Assembly: GCA_021794425.1 (NCBI GenBank)
Contig: JAJYQV010000001.1
Coordinates: forward strand, 1-41,672
DNA: 41,672 nt
DNA from: a bacterium
GTDB taxonomy: Bacteria > Patescibacteriota > Minisyncoccia > Phycocordibacterales > Phycocordibacteraceae
Direction of reading: 5' to 3'
A program made the position numbers and the translations under genes. The notes under the pieces were generated by a model. The model saw only the letters and a list, made by a program, of their open reading frames with translations, was not told the origin of the DNA and searched no databases. This document shows positions 16,522 to 28,547 of the stretch, piece by piece (position 1 is the first letter of the stretch; each line of letters opens with the position of its first letter).

Positions 16522-18414
16522 ATGGCAAAAATCCTTGGTATCGATTTGGGAACGACAAACAGCGCGATGGCGATCGTCGAGGGCGGCGAGCCGCGCGTGC
16601 TCGAAAACGCAGAAGGCGCGCGCACGACCCCGTCCATCGTCGCGATAGGGAAGAACGGCGAGCGCATCGTCGGTACGCTCGCGAAGCGTCAGTCGGTGAC
16701 AAACCCGCTCAACACCATCTTCCAGATCAAGCGCTTCATCGGCCACACCTTCGACGAGCCCGAGGTGCAGAAGGACAAGGCGGCCGTGCCGTTTGAGATG
16801 CGTAAAGCCGACAACGGCGGCATCGAGGTAAAGATGAATGATAAGTGGTACCGCCCGGAAGAGATCTCAGCGATGATCCTCGGCAAGATGAAGGCCGATG
16901 CTGAGGCAAAGCTCGGCGAGAAGATCACCGAAGCGGTCATCACCGTGCCGGCCTATTTCAACGACGACCAGCGGAGCGCCACCAAGGCAGCCGGGCAGAT
17001 CGCCGGCCTCGAGGTGAAGCGCATCATCAACGAGCCGACCGCTGCCGCGCTCGCGTACGGCTTCAACAAGAAGAAAGACGAAAAGATCGCGGTCTTCGAC
17101 TTCGGCGGCGGTACCTTCGACATCTCGGTGCTTGAGGTAGGCGGCGACGTGATTGAAGTGAAGAGCACCGACGGCGACGCGCACCTCGGCGGCAAGGACA
17201 TCGACCAGAAGATCATCACCTGGCTCGCGGAAGAGTTCCGTAAGGAGAGCGGCATCGACGTGATGGGCGATGCGCTCGCGCGCCAGCGCCTTGACGAGGC
17301 TGCCGAAAAGGCAAAAATCGAGCTGTCGAGCGCGATGGAGACCGAGGTCAACATCCCGTTCCTCACGAGCGACGCGTCGGGCCCCCGCCACCTGCTCATC
17401 AAGATGACGCGCGCCAAGCTCGAGGAACTCTCGGCAGAATTCATCGAGCGCGCGATGGCCATCACCAAGCGCGCGATGGAGGCTTCGCCGTTCGGCGTTG
17501 CTGACGTGAACGAGGTCATCCTCGTGGGCGGCCAGACCCGCATGCCGGCCATCCAGACGGCTGTGGAGAAATTCTTCGCCAAGAAACCGAACATGAGCGT
17601 GAACCCGGATGAGGTCGTCGCCATCGGCGCAGCCATCCAGGCGGGCATCCTGCAGGGCGACGTGAAGGATATCCTCCTCGTGGACGTGATCCCGCTCTCG
17701 CTTTCCATCGAGACCATGGGCGGCGTCGCTACCAAGCTTATCGAGCGCAATACCGCGATTCCGACCAGCCGTTCGCAGACGTTCTCCACCGCCGCCGACA
17801 ACCAGCCGTCGGTGGAGATCCACATCACCCAGGGCGAGCGCGCCATGAGCGCCGACAACAAGTCGCTCGGCAAGTTCATGCTCGACGGCATCCCACCAGC
17901 TCCCCGCGGCATGCCGCAGGTCGAGGTGACCTTCGACGTGGATGCGTCCGGCATCCTCACCGTGAAGGCGAAAGAGAAAACGACCGGCAAAGAGCAGAGC
18001 ATCCGCATCGAGGGCTCGACCGGCCTCTCCAAGGAAGACATCGAGAAGATGAAGGCCGATGCTGAGGCAAACGCCGCAGAAGACGAGAAGCGCAAGGAGC
18101 TCGTCGAGGTGAAGAATGTCGCCGAGCAGAGCATCTACGCTGCCGAGAAGGCGATCAAGGAGAACGGCGAGAAGGCCGGTGCTGAGGTGGTCAAAGAGGT
18201 CGAGGACAAGATCACCGACCTGAAGAGCGTGAAAGACAAGGACGACCTCGCGGCCATCAAGTCGGCCACCGAGGCACTCTCAACGACCCTCTCGAAGATC
18301 GGCGAGGCGATGATGAAGAACCAGCCGGCAGGCGAGGCTCCGAAGGAAGGCGGCGATCAGACCCCGCCGGAAGCAGGAGCGACCGACGCCGAATTCAAAG
18401 AAAAGCCTGAGTAG
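16522..18414 (+). CDS. dnaK: Chaperone DnaK
   Basis: [43 protein letters not shown]. Confidence 0.98.
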   Translation: MAKILGIDLGTTNSAMAIVEGGEPRVLENAEGARTTPSIVAIGKNGERIVGTLAKRQSVTNPLNTIFQIKRFIGHTFDEPEVQKDKAAVPFEMRKADNGGIEVKMNDKWYRPEEISAMILGKMKADAEAKLGEKITEAVITVPAYFNDDQRSATKAAGQIAGLEVKRIINEPTAAALAYGFNKKKDEKIAVFDFGGGTFDISVLEVGGDVIEVKSTDGDAHLGGKDIDQKIITWLAEEFRKESGIDVMGDALARQRLDEAAEKAKIELSSAMETEVNIPFLTSDASGPRHLLIKMTRAKLEELSAEFIERAMAITKRAMEASPFGVADVNEVILVGGQTRMPAIQTAVEKFFAKKPNMSVNPDEVVAIGAAIQAGILQGDVKDILLVDVIPLSLSIETMGGVATKLIERNTAIPTSRSQTFSTAADNQPSVEIHITQGERAMSADNKSLGKFMLDGIPPAPRGMPQVEVTFDVDASGILTVKAKEKTTGKEQSIRIEGSTGLSKEDIEKMKADAEANAAEDEKRKELVEVKNVAEQSIYAAEKAIKENGEKAGAEVVKEVEDKITDLKSVKDKDDLAAIKSATEALSTTLSKIGEAMMKNQPAGEAPKEGGDQTPPEAGATDAEFKEKPE

Positions 18415-18418
18415 CAGG

Positions 18419-18441
18419 GTGGGGGAGTCTGACTCTCCCAC
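18419..18441. repeat. 3-nt-loop palindrome variant after dnaK
   Basis: gtgggggagt-ctg-actctcccac (one G.T pair), with the same AGT-NNN-ACT apex as the ung and alaS copies. Confidence 0.5.
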
Positions 18442-18538
18442 ATGCAACCCCCCGCGGCGCTTCGCGCCGCGGGACTTGCTTTTTTATGCATAGTGTGTAT
18501 AATATAGTTTGTTCAAACCAGCCCTTTGGGAGAAAATC

Positions 18539-18862
18539 ATGCGTAATCACACGTTGGATATCCTGGCCGGTATGGCCGCATTGTTCTTCGGCATCGTCGC
18601 CGTCAACGCTCTCAGGCACGACGACGTCGTATCTTTCACCCGTGTTTATCTGCGCACGTGTGCGCTCGACGCGCGCCAATGCATCGGCGGCACCGTGCGG
18701 ACGCCGGACGGTATCGTCCGGACGATTGACGACTGCCGCGCCCAGTGCGGCCTCAACCAGTACGACGTCCGCCAGCTCGTCCGCGACTGGCGCGGAAAGT
18801 CCATCGAGGAGCAGCAGGGCCTGATCATCACTTTGCCCTCCGCTCACAAAACGATGGTTTAA
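18539..18862 (+). CDS. Hypothetical exported or membrane-anchored protein between dnaK and dnaJ
   Basis: GGGAG SD, TTGCTT-16-TATAAT promoter, N-terminal hydrophobic helix, four Cys, own terminator. Confidence 0.6.
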   Translation: MRNHTLDILAGMAALFFGIVAVNALRHDDVVSFTRVYLRTCALDARQCIGGTVRTPDGIVRTIDDCRAQCGLNQYDVRQLVRDWRGKSIEEQQGLIITLPSAHKTMV

Positions 18863-18875
18863 CCCTCACGTTCCC

Positions 18876-18904
18876 AAAAGGCAGCCCCCGGCTGCCTTTT
18901 TTTT
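18876..18904 (+). terminator. Intrinsic terminator
   Basis: aaaaggcagcc-ccc-ggctgcc followed by T8. Confidence 0.8.
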
Positions 18905-18942
18905 ATTTTGCATACCAAAAACAGAACCGGTATAGTATGCCC

Positions 18943-20040
18943 ATGGCAAAGGACTACTACCAAGTGCTCGGCGTCGACAAGAAGGCGACCCAGGACGATA
19001 TCAAGAAAGCGTTTAGGAAGCTCGCCCACAAGCACCACCCGGACAAGGGCGGTGACGACGCGACGTTCAAGGAGGTGACCGAAGCGTACGCGGTCCTCGG
19101 CGACGAAAAGAAGCGGCGCGAGTACGACACCTACGGACAGTCGTTCCCGGGTGGCGCCGGTGGCGCGCAGGGCAACCCGTTTGCGGGCGGGCAGAACCCG
19201 TTCGGCGGATTCGACTTCTCGCAGTTCCAGCAGGGCTTCGGGCAGGGCGGCGTCGAGTTCGACATGGGCGACCTCTTCGGCGACCTCTTCGGCGGCGGCC
19301 GGGCAGCGCGCACAGCGCGCGGGCGCGACATTTCGATCGACCTCGAGATCCCGTTCAAGGACGCCGTCTTCGGCACCGAGCGCACGGTGCTCATCGGCAA
19401 GGTCTCGACCTGCGACACGTGCCATGGTTCGGGCGGGAAGCCCGGCACTGAGCTTGAAACCTGCAAGACGTGCAACGGCAAAGGCCGCGTGCAAGAAGTA
19501 CGCAGCTCTCCGTTTGGACAGTTCTCAAGCGTACGCACCTGTACCGCCTGTGAAGGTGTCGGAAAGATCCCGAAAGAAAAATGCCCGGATTGCAAAGGCC
19601 ATGGCGTGAAGCGGAAAGAAGAAGAGATCAAGATCGGCATCCCCGCAGGCATCGACAATGGCGAAATGATCCGCCTGCCGCAACAGGGCGAAGCGATCAA
19701 GACGGGCACCGCGGGCGACCTCTACGTCAAGGTTCATGTAAAGCCGCACCCGACCTTCCGCCGCCAGGGACACAATCTCACCATGGACCTTCCGGTCAAG
19801 CTCACCGACGCGCTTCTGGGCACCACAATCTCCATCGAGACTCTTGAAGGGAAGACGCTCGAGGTGAAAATCCCGCAGATGAAGCGCGCCGAGGAGCACT
19901 TGCGCGTGCGCGGCAAGGGCATCCCGACCGGCGGAAGCTCGGCCGGCGACCTCATCATCCGCCTCGAGGTGGCGCTCCCGCACAAGCTCTCCGGCAAAGC
20001 TAAAAAATCGGTCGAAGAGCTCAAGAGCGAGGGGCTCTAG
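18943..20040 (+). CDS. dnaJ: Chaperone DnaJ
   Basis: HPD motif, G/F-rich region and four CxxCxGxG repeats. Confidence 0.97.
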   Translation: MAKDYYQVLGVDKKATQDDIKKAFRKLAHKHHPDKGGDDATFKEVTEAYAVLGDEKKRREYDTYGQSFPGGAGGAQGNPFAGGQNPFGGFDFSQFQQGFGQGGVEFDMGDLFGDLFGGGRAARTARGRDISIDLEIPFKDAVFGTERTVLIGKVSTCDTCHGSGGKPGTELETCKTCNGKGRVQEVRSSPFGQFSSVRTCTACEGVGKIPKEKCPDCKGHGVKRKEEEIKIGIPAGIDNGEMIRLPQQGEAIKTGTAGDLYVKVHVKPHPTFRRQGHNLTMDLPVKLTDALLGTTISIETLEGKTLEVKIPQMKRAEEHLRVRGKGIPTGGSSAGDLIIRLEVALPHKLSGKAKKSVEELKSEGL

Positions 20041-20103
20041 TTATAAACAGACGAACGCAAACGCGCGCCGGCAGAGCCGGCGCGCGCTGCTATACTATTT
20101 CCC

Positions 20104-20625
20104 ATGACCGCAGCCGACGGCATCGCCCAGGTGAATACGTTCGCGACCCACACGGCGCTCACGGCATGGGGTGTGGCGAGCGCGTTCCTCGCGATTATCG
20201 TCCTCTCCGCCGCGTTCTTTCTCTTTGCACGATACGTTGGACGCGGACCATTTGTCGCGCTCCTGCTCTCACTCTATGGCGCCTACGCGATATACCTCTC
20301 GTTCCCCTTTGACTCGCTCATCCCGACCGCGCCGGCACTCACCGCACTCCTCTGGCACCTCGGCCTCTATGCCGGCCTTGCGTTCGCGTTCTACCTCATC
20401 CTGCGTCGCGTCGTTGTCTCCGATTTCCTCTACATCGGCATCTTCGGGCTCATCGCGCTCTCGTTCCTCGGTGCCGGTTTCCTGCTCGCGCTTGGCTACC
20501 ACGTCTTCGCAGTGACCGCCGTCTATCATTTTACGCCTGCTATCGCCGCGCTCTTTGAGCCAAACCAGTACTTCTTCTGGTGGTTCGTCGCCCCTGCCGT
20601 CGGACTCTTCTTCCTCGCACGCTAA
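20104..20625 (+). CDS. Hypothetical integral membrane protein
   Basis: About five hydrophobic segments; TGCTATACT upstream. Confidence 0.75.
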   Translation: MTAADGIAQVNTFATHTALTAWGVASAFLAIIVLSAAFFLFARYVGRGPFVALLLSLYGAYAIYLSFPFDSLIPTAPALTALLWHLGLYAGLAFAFYLILRRVVVSDFLYIGIFGLIALSFLGAGFLLALGYHVFAVTAVYHFTPAIAALFEPNQYFFWWFVAPAVGLFFLAR

Positions 20626-20647
20626 TTTTGTGTTATAACACACGCTT

Positions 20648-22426
<1,779 letters not shown>

Positions 22427-22443
22427 TCTGCTACGCTAGCCGT

Positions 22444-24240
22444 ATGGAATCAGAAGCATCGAAAGAACCACCGGTGACGCTCGGCGAGGGAATGCGCGGG
22501 GTGTGGCGGCACGTGCGCGAATACAAAGGCACGGTCATCCTGCTTTCCGTACTCGGGATCATCTCGGCTATCGCAAATGGCGCCGTGCCGTACGTGACCG
22601 GCCGCTTCTTCGACTCGCTCGTCGCGCTCTCGAGAGGGCAGACACTCGCATACTCCGGACTCCCGTATTGGGTACTTATGCTAGCCATCTGGGCGGCAAT
22701 TCAAATCATTGCCAACGGGATCGACTTCGTGCTGGACCGCAAACGCCGGAAGATCGATAGCGGCCTGCAACCGAAGATTCAAGCAGCCGGGTTCGTGCAT
22801 CTGCTCAAACTCCCGTTGGCTTACCATGCGAACGAACAGATCAACGCGGTCGTTTCTAAGATGAGCTACGCGAGCTACCGTATCTCCTCTATCGTAGAAA
22901 ATACCATCCAGATTGTGCCACAATTTCTCTCTGTCATCATCGGCATCGTTCTCGCTGCGAGTATCAGCCTTCCTATGGCAGGCGTCCTTGCCTCTGGAGT
23001 ACTCGTCTATGTGATTCTGCTCGCTTTCATCTTGCGCCCGGTTGCCGTCATGGAGCACACCGTGCAGCAATCCTGGGGCGATATGTGGGATGACGCCGCG
23101 GCGGCGGTACAGCAGGCGGCGACAGTAAAACAGTCTGTGGCAGAAACATACGAAATTGCAAAAGTGCGAAAGAATCTGACCGAGGAAATCCCCGCACTTT
23201 GGTTTTCTATTCAAAAAATATGGAGTAACGTTAACTTCTTTCAGCGGAGTATCGTCTTCGTAACGCAACTTGTCATCTTTATCTCCTCGGCTCATTCGGT
23301 AGCAAGCGGTTCGATGACCATCGGAGACCTCATCGCACTGAATGGCTATGCGCTGCTCTTTTTCGGCCCTTTTGTCACGCTTGGAGGAAGTTGGCAGGTT
23401 TTCCAGAACGGCATCACATCGGCCGGCCTCATAGAACGTGTCTTCAATCGGGTACAAGAAAACTACCACCCGAAAGACGCCCGCATCGCAGGCGAGACGC
23501 CCGGCACAGTCGCATTCGAAGACGTCACCTTCCGGTACGAGGAGAAGCACGAGCCGGTGCTCTCGCATTTCTCGTTCGAAGCGCAGCCAGGCCAGTCGGT
23601 CGCGTTTGTCGGTGAGTCTGGGGTGGGGAAGAGCACCGCCGTCTCGCTCATCTCCGGTTACTACTTCCCGGGCGAGGGCCGCGTCCTCGTGGATGGCGTC
23701 GACACGCGCGTGTGGGATCTCACCGCGCTCCGGCAGAAGATCGCGGTCGTCCCGCAGGAAGTCGCGCTCTTCAACGACACCATCCGCACGAACATCCGGT
23801 ACGGCTCTTTCGACGCGACAGACGAGCAGGTCGAGGCTGCCGCGCGCGAAGCGCACATCCACGACTTCATAGAGAAGCAGCCGGAGGGGTACGACACGAT
23901 CGTCGGCGAGCGCGGCATCAAGCTCTCGGTGGGGCAGAAGCAGCGCCTCGCGATCGCCCGGGCGATCCTCCGCAATCCCGAGTTCCTCATCCTCGACGAG
24001 CCGACCTCGGCGCTCGACCCCGAGACCGAGCGCCTCGTCACCGAATCGCTCCACAAGCTCATGCAGGGCCGCACGACCTTCGTCATCGCGCACCGCCTCT
24101 CGACCGTCCGCAAAGCCGACCTCATTCTCGTGGTCAAAGACGGCACCGTCGTCGAGCGCGGCAGCCACGATGAGCTCATGGCGATTACGGGCGGCACCTA
24201 CCGCCACCTCTACGAGCTCCATGTCGGTCTCCATGAGTAA
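22444..24240 (+). CDS. ABC exporter, fused permease and ATPase (possible heterodimer partner)
   Basis: TM domain plus GESGVGKS, LSVGQKQ and LILDEPTS. Confidence 0.93.
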   Translation: MESEASKEPPVTLGEGMRGVWRHVREYKGTVILLSVLGIISAIANGAVPYVTGRFFDSLVALSRGQTLAYSGLPYWVLMLAIWAAIQIIANGIDFVLDRKRRKIDSGLQPKIQAAGFVHLLKLPLAYHANEQINAVVSKMSYASYRISSIVENTIQIVPQFLSVIIGIVLAASISLPMAGVLASGVLVYVILLAFILRPVAVMEHTVQQSWGDMWDDAAAAVQQAATVKQSVAETYEIAKVRKNLTEEIPALWFSIQKIWSNVNFFQRSIVFVTQLVIFISSAHSVASGSMTIGDLIALNGYALLFFGPFVTLGGSWQVFQNGITSAGLIERVFNRVQENYHPKDARIAGETPGTVAFEDVTFRYEEKHEPVLSHFSFEAQPGQSVAFVGESGVGKSTAVSLISGYYFPGEGRVLVDGVDTRVWDLTALRQKIAVVPQEVALFNDTIRTNIRYGSFDATDEQVEAAAREAHIHDFIEKQPEGYDTIVGERGIKLSVGQKQRLAIARAILRNPEFLILDEPTSALDPETERLVTESLHKLMQGRTTFVIAHRLSTVRKADLILVVKDGTVVERGSHDELMAITGGTYRHLYELHVGLHE

Positions 24241-24258
24241 CGTGGTAGGATAGGGATA

Positions 24259-24741
24259 ATGGCACAAAGCAGAGAAAAAGAGGGAACGACGCTTGAGACA
24301 CTCGCCCGGATTATGACGAGCGGGTTTGAGAAAGTTGACAAGCAATTCGAGAATGTCACCAAGAAGTTCGAGCAGGTGGACCTGCGATTCGAGCAGATTG
24401 ACCGCCGGTTCGGTCAATTCGATACCCGCTTTGAGCAGAACGGCCAACGCCTGACGCAGATCGAATACCGTCTGAAGGACTTGAGTCGTGACCAAGACGA
24501 ACTCTCGCGCATGGTCGCCGAGGGATTTGACGAGCTCGGCTCCGAGATGAACGAACGTATAGACAAGCTCGGGGCGAAGATGGATCAGCGTTTTACCGAA
24601 ACCGACGACCGGTTGCTGCACGCCGAGCGCGCGGCTGTAAAAGCACATGAACTCGCACTCGACCTCAAAGAAGAAACGGCAGCGATGCATACTGCCGTCA
24701 CCCTGAACTCGCAGCGTATAACCGTACTAGAAACCGTATGA
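24259..24741 (+). CDS. Coiled-coil heptad-repeat hypothetical protein
   Basis: FEKVDKQ-FENVTKK-FEQVDLR-FEQIDRR-FGQFDTR-FEQNGQR. Confidence 0.75.
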   Translation: MAQSREKEGTTLETLARIMTSGFEKVDKQFENVTKKFEQVDLRFEQIDRRFGQFDTRFEQNGQRLTQIEYRLKDLSRDQDELSRMVAEGFDELGSEMNERIDKLGAKMDQRFTETDDRLLHAERAAVKAHELALDLKEETAAMHTAVTLNSQRITVLETV

Positions 24742-25994
24742 CTCTTGCCGACGAACTCAAAGCACGCGGACTCGTGGAGCACGCCTCGGCCGAACCGGAA
24801 GAGATCCTCAGAACCACCCGCACCGTCTACCTCGGTATCGATCCGACCGCCGACTCGGCACAAGTGGGCAACCTTGCTGTCATCCTCCTCATGAAGCGCC
24901 TCAGCGACGCCGGCCACAAGCTCGTCTTCCTCGTGGGTGGCGCGACCGGCATGATCGGTGACCCGAAAGAAAAAGGGGAGCGCTCGCTTCTCGACGAGAA
25001 GACCCTCGCGAAAAACACCCGCGCGCTCAAAGCGCAGCTCAAAGAAATCCTCGGCACCAAAGTCCGCTTCACCATGGTCGACAACGCCGATTGGTTGGGC
25101 CGTGAGAAACTCATCCCGTTCCTGCGCGACGTGGGCAAGCACTTCACGGTGAACGACCTCGTGAAGCGCGACATCATCCGCAAGCGTCTTGAGACGCCAG
25201 ACGAGAGCATCTCGTACACCGAGTTCACCTACGCGCTCCTCCAAGGATTCGATTACTTCGTCCTCAACGAGAAGTACGGCGTCGACCTCCAGGTGGGAGG
25301 GAGCGACCAGTGGACGAACATCCTCTCGGGCGTCGACCTCATCCGTAAGCGCTCGGGGAAGCAGGCGTACGCGCTCTCGATGCCGATCATTACCGACGCG
25401 TCCGGCAAGAAGTTCGGCAAGAGCGAGGGCAACGCGGTCTGGCTCGACCCCAAGAAGACCTCGCCGTTCTCGTTCTACCAGTTCTGGATCAATCAGCCCG
25501 ACGCAAACCTCGAGACGTACCTCAAGGTTTACACGTTCCTCCCGTTGCCGGAGATTGGCGCCTTGATGGAGCTCCACCGTCGGAACCCGGGCGAGCGCCA
25601 GGCACAGGAGACCCTCGCTCGGCTCGTCACCGAGATCGTGCACGGCCCGGGAACGACCGCCGCGGTCGCCGCCGCTTCCTCGGCGCTCTTCGGCGGCACG
25701 CCGTTCGCCGAGCTCTCGCGCGAGGCGCGTGAGGTCGCGCTCGCCGAAGCACCGTCGGTGTTCCTAACGAAGGAGCTTATCGAAGATGGTTTTTCGCTTG
25801 CCGAAGCGCTCGTAGCAGGAGGGCTCGCAAAGAGCAAGAGCGACGCGCGCCGCCTCATCGAAGGGAAGGGCATCACCCTCTCCGGCTTTCCGATCCAAGA
25901 CCCCGACCAGAAGCTCTACCCGGGCGACCTCCCGGAAGGCTTCGCTCTCGTGCGCCGCGGCAAGCAGGGCGTCCTCATTCTCGTTTTGAAATAA
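24738..25994 (+). CDS. tyrS: Tyrosyl-tRNA synthetase
   Basis: YLGIDPTADSAQVGN (HIGH variant), QVGGSDQW, KFGKS, C-terminal S4 domain. Confidence 0.96.
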   Translation: MTLADELKARGLVEHASAEPEEILRTTRTVYLGIDPTADSAQVGNLAVILLMKRLSDAGHKLVFLVGGATGMIGDPKEKGERSLLDEKTLAKNTRALKAQLKEILGTKVRFTMVDNADWLGREKLIPFLRDVGKHFTVNDLVKRDIIRKRLETPDESISYTEFTYALLQGFDYFVLNEKYGVDLQVGGSDQWTNILSGVDLIRKRSGKQAYALSMPIITDASGKKFGKSEGNAVWLDPKKTSPFSFYQFWINQPDANLETYLKVYTFLPLPEIGALMELHRRNPGERQAQETLARLVTEIVHGPGTTAAVAAASSALFGGTPFAELSREAREVALAEAPSVFLTKELIEDGFSLAEALVAGGLAKSKSDARRLIEGKGITLSGFPIQDPDQKLYPGDLPEGFALVRRGKQGVLILVLK

Positions 25995-26002
25995 AGATTC
26001 AC

Positions 26003-26758
26003 ATGCCCACCGATCAAAATACGTTCGGCCTACTCAGCAAAGCATACAGTAATGCACGGCGCGGTTACCCAGACGAGTTGTATGAATATCTGCGAAACCT
26101 CATCGGCAACACCAACGCCGTAACGATAGACCTCGGGTGCGGGACGGGCATCTCAACCAGAGAACTCAAAGCGCACGGGTTTGAGGTTATCGGCGCTGAC
26201 AAAGAGCAGGGAATGGTTGCCGAGGCGTTGCGAGAAACTCCAGATATTCCATACGTTGTTGCCGGGGCGGATAGCATCCCGTTCGAATCCGATCATTTCG
26301 ACCTATGCACTGCCTTTACGGCATTCCATTGGTTCAACACAGAACTTGCGCTTACAGAGATACGGCGCGTGCTAAAGAATGGCGGTCTTTTCTTCGCGGC
26401 GCTCAAGATGAATCACAAATCAGAGGATACCGAGGGGTTCCGGAAAGGCTACCAGGCAATCTATCGCAAATATGCGGGCAACACATTCAGCACCCTAAGC
26501 GACCACGACAATAGAGAGTTTTTGGCGAAGCTTTTTACGAATCTCACAGAGAAGACATTCTACGTCGAGGAGCGCTACACCGTAGACGAAATGCTCACGC
26601 TTGCACAATCACTCAGTCTCTGGAATCTCGTGTCTGACGGGAACCGACCGAAGATGCTGCAAGAACTTAGAGATTTTTATGAGCAGCACCTCATAGACGG
26701 GATGGTGGTAAGGAAACAAGAAATTGCAACCGTTGCCGCGACAAAGGCGGTGGCATGA
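26003..26758 (+). CDS. Class I SAM-dependent methyltransferase
   Basis: YSNARRGYP, IDLGCGTGIS, AFHWF, EIRRVLKNGG. Confidence 0.88.
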   Translation: MPTDQNTFGLLSKAYSNARRGYPDELYEYLRNLIGNTNAVTIDLGCGTGISTRELKAHGFEVIGADKEQGMVAEALRETPDIPYVVAGADSIPFESDHFDLCTAFTAFHWFNTELALTEIRRVLKNGGLFFAALKMNHKSEDTEGFRKGYQAIYRKYAGNTFSTLSDHDNREFLAKLFTNLTEKTFYVEERYTVDEMLTLAQSLSLWNLVSDGNRPKMLQELRDFYEQHLIDGMVVRKQEIATVAATKAVA

Positions 26759-26761
26759 AAA

Positions 26762-26783
26762 AGGCCTGCGCATGCGCAGGCCT
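26762..26783. terminator. Perfect 22-bp palindrome between convergent genes
   Basis: aggcctgcgcatgcgcaggcct, preceded by an A run (T tail on the minus strand). Confidence 0.6.
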
Positions 26784-27178
26784 CAAAGCAATCGTTGGAT
26801 TTTCATCTTCGTCCCGTCTCCGCGGAACTCCTCTAAGGTACTCTCGACTACCGTACCGGCGTTCGGGTCAGCATGAATGACCGTGCCGCATTCGGTAGCG
26901 ATGCCGACGTGACCCGGGGCGTTGTAACGAGCCGCTCCGAACACGAACACCAGGTCTCCCGCCATACGTTCCTCAAGAGGTACGTTCTGGCCCATCTCAT
27001 TTTGCTGAGACAGCGGAAGCGCGGTGCCGATTAGAGCGTACAGGTACGCTGTCAAGGAAGTGCAAGAAACTTTTCCCGGTGCCTCCGCAAGGGAAGCGTG
27101 CCGGTCATACACCGCCTGATTGATCAACTTGCGCGCCCCGGCCACCAAGACCAGGCGCTTTTCTTCGCGCGTGGTCAT
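26783..27178 (-). CDS. NlpC/P60 family protein
   Basis: SCTSL (catalytic Cys), GDLVF, GHVGI, VIHA. GAGGAGG SD. Confidence 0.8.
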   Translation of the reverse strand: MTTREEKRLVLVAGARKLINQAVYDRHASLAEAPGKVSCTSLTAYLYALIGTALPLSQQNEMGQNVPLEERMAGDLVFVFGAARYNAPGHVGIATECGTVIHADPNAGTVVESTLEEFRGDGTKMKIQRLL

Positions 27179-27202
27179 GGTAACCTCCTCACTTGGTTAC
27201 TT

Positions 27203-28203
27203 CTCCCCACCTTTGAAATAGGACAGCACACGTGCGCTAACGTACGGTCATATGAAGCAATACAAACATCTGTGCCATGAGGAGCGGTTCATGATCGAAA
27301 CGCTTCTCAAGAAATACGTGGCCATCCGAGAGATCGCCCGGTTCCTGGGGAGAAGCCCCAATACCGTCTCCCGTGAGATACGGAAGAACTCGGTGCAGGG
27401 CGCGTATCGTGCCGACAAAGCCAAACAGAGGGCATACTTCAAACGATGGAGAAGCAAACGCCAGTGCCTCAAGGTGGCGACTGACCGATTCCTGCACCAC
27501 TTCGTGGATGAGAAGCTGCGGGAGAAGTGGTCACCCGAGCAGATCAGCGGGTATCTAGAGAAGGAGCTCGGTATCGTGTGTTCTGCAAAGGCCATATACA
27601 AGTTCGCCCGTCGCCGCTGCTATGACCGGTACCTCTTCTGGGGCTGGAACAAGCGCAAGGGAGGAAGGAAGCAGTATCACTATGGAAACCAGAAAGATGG
27701 GAGGAAATACATAGACGAGAGGCCAGTACTTGATGGCCCTGGACACCTTGAGATGGACTTCGTCGTCTCCAGGCAGAGTACCTGGGTGTTCCTGGTCTTA
27801 GCGGACCGGCACACCCGGAGGACCTGGGTACGGAAGCTGCCGGACAGAAAGCGCGGCACTGTCCGTGCCGCGCTTTCTGAGCTGTTGTCCGGGGTTGAGG
27901 TTAAGAGCATCACCACCGACAACGATATTGCCTTCTCGAACTGGAGGGAACTCGAGGTTCTCCTCGCTGCTCCATTGTACTTCACCCACCCGTACCACTC
28001 CTGGGAAAAGGGGCTGGTGGAGAACACCAACCGGTGGATCCGGTGCTTCGTGCCGAAGAAGCGAGATATCGGGTCGGTGACTCAAGAAGAGATGCGAGAG
28101 ATACATGCCTTCTTGAACGACCGACCGCGTGCGGTGATTGGCTTCGCCATCCCCTCGCGCTATTATTCAGACATCGCGTGTCCTATTTGAGGGGTTTGGG
28201 GAG
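27203..28203 (+). mobile_element. IS30 family insertion sequence
   Basis: Imperfect terminal IRs: ctccccacctttgaaataggaca (27203-27225) versus the reverse complement of 28179-28203, ctccccaaacccctcaaataggaca. Confidence 0.8.
27252..28190 (+). CDS. IS30 family DDE transposase
   Basis: HTH (IARFLGRSPNTVSREI), WSPEQISG, GHLEMD, SITTDND, PYHSWEKGLVENTN, LNDRPR. Confidence 0.95.
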   Translation: MKQYKHLCHEERFMIETLLKKYVAIREIARFLGRSPNTVSREIRKNSVQGAYRADKAKQRAYFKRWRSKRQCLKVATDRFLHHFVDEKLREKWSPEQISGYLEKELGIVCSAKAIYKFARRRCYDRYLFWGWNKRKGGRKQYHYGNQKDGRKYIDERPVLDGPGHLEMDFVVSRQSTWVFLVLADRHTRRTWVRKLPDRKRGTVRAALSELLSGVEVKSITTDNDIAFSNWRELEVLLAAPLYFTHPYHSWEKGLVENTNRWIRCFVPKKRDIGSVTQEEMREIHAFLNDRPRAVIGFAIPSRYYSDIACPI

Positions 28204-28376
28204 GGTTAATCGCCAGTTTTAAATATGCTACTTATTTATACTAAAGTCAAGCAGTTTCTCGACCCATTTTCTCATGCTCGTCCGCTGCGGCAAGCAGAGC
28301 GTTTTGATTTTGCATACCAAATAAGATAAAATGTTCTTGTTGTCAGGCGCGCATTCTCCGCAACTTGACAAAGTAA

Positions 28377-28459
28377 GCGTCGGTGGTAGAGTGGTCAATT
28401 ACAACAGGCTGTAAACCTGTCGGCTTCGGCCTACGTTGGTTCGAATCCAACCCGGCGCA
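28377..28459 (+). tRNA. tRNA-Tyr (GTA)
   Basis: Acceptor gcgtcgg/ccggcgc plus A73, anticodon arm acagg-ctGTAaa-cctgt, long variable arm, T loop ttcgaat. CCA is not fully encoded. Confidence 0.95.
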
Positions 28460-28471
28460 CCGTAGAGCCAC

Positions 28472-28516
28472 CCAAACAGACACGCGCCCGCCTCCGGCGG
28501 GCGCGTGTCTGTTTGG
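28472..28516. terminator. Perfect 21-bp stem hairpin after the tRNA
   Basis: ccaaacagacacgcgcccgcc-tcc-ggcgggcgcgtgtctgtttgg. Confidence 0.6.
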
Positions 28517-28547
28517 CGGGTCTTGCGGGTGGTGCTAGGATGCGCGC

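Noticed and set aside
16867-18134. Long minus-strand ORFs opposite dnaK (similar ones lie opposite alaS, the ABC genes and aspS)
   Set aside because: Expected stop-free antisense frames from GC3-rich codon usage; no independent motifs.
28377-28516. tRNA-Tyr as an integration site for an island
   Set aside because: No duplicated tRNA 3' end or integrase was seen in the window.
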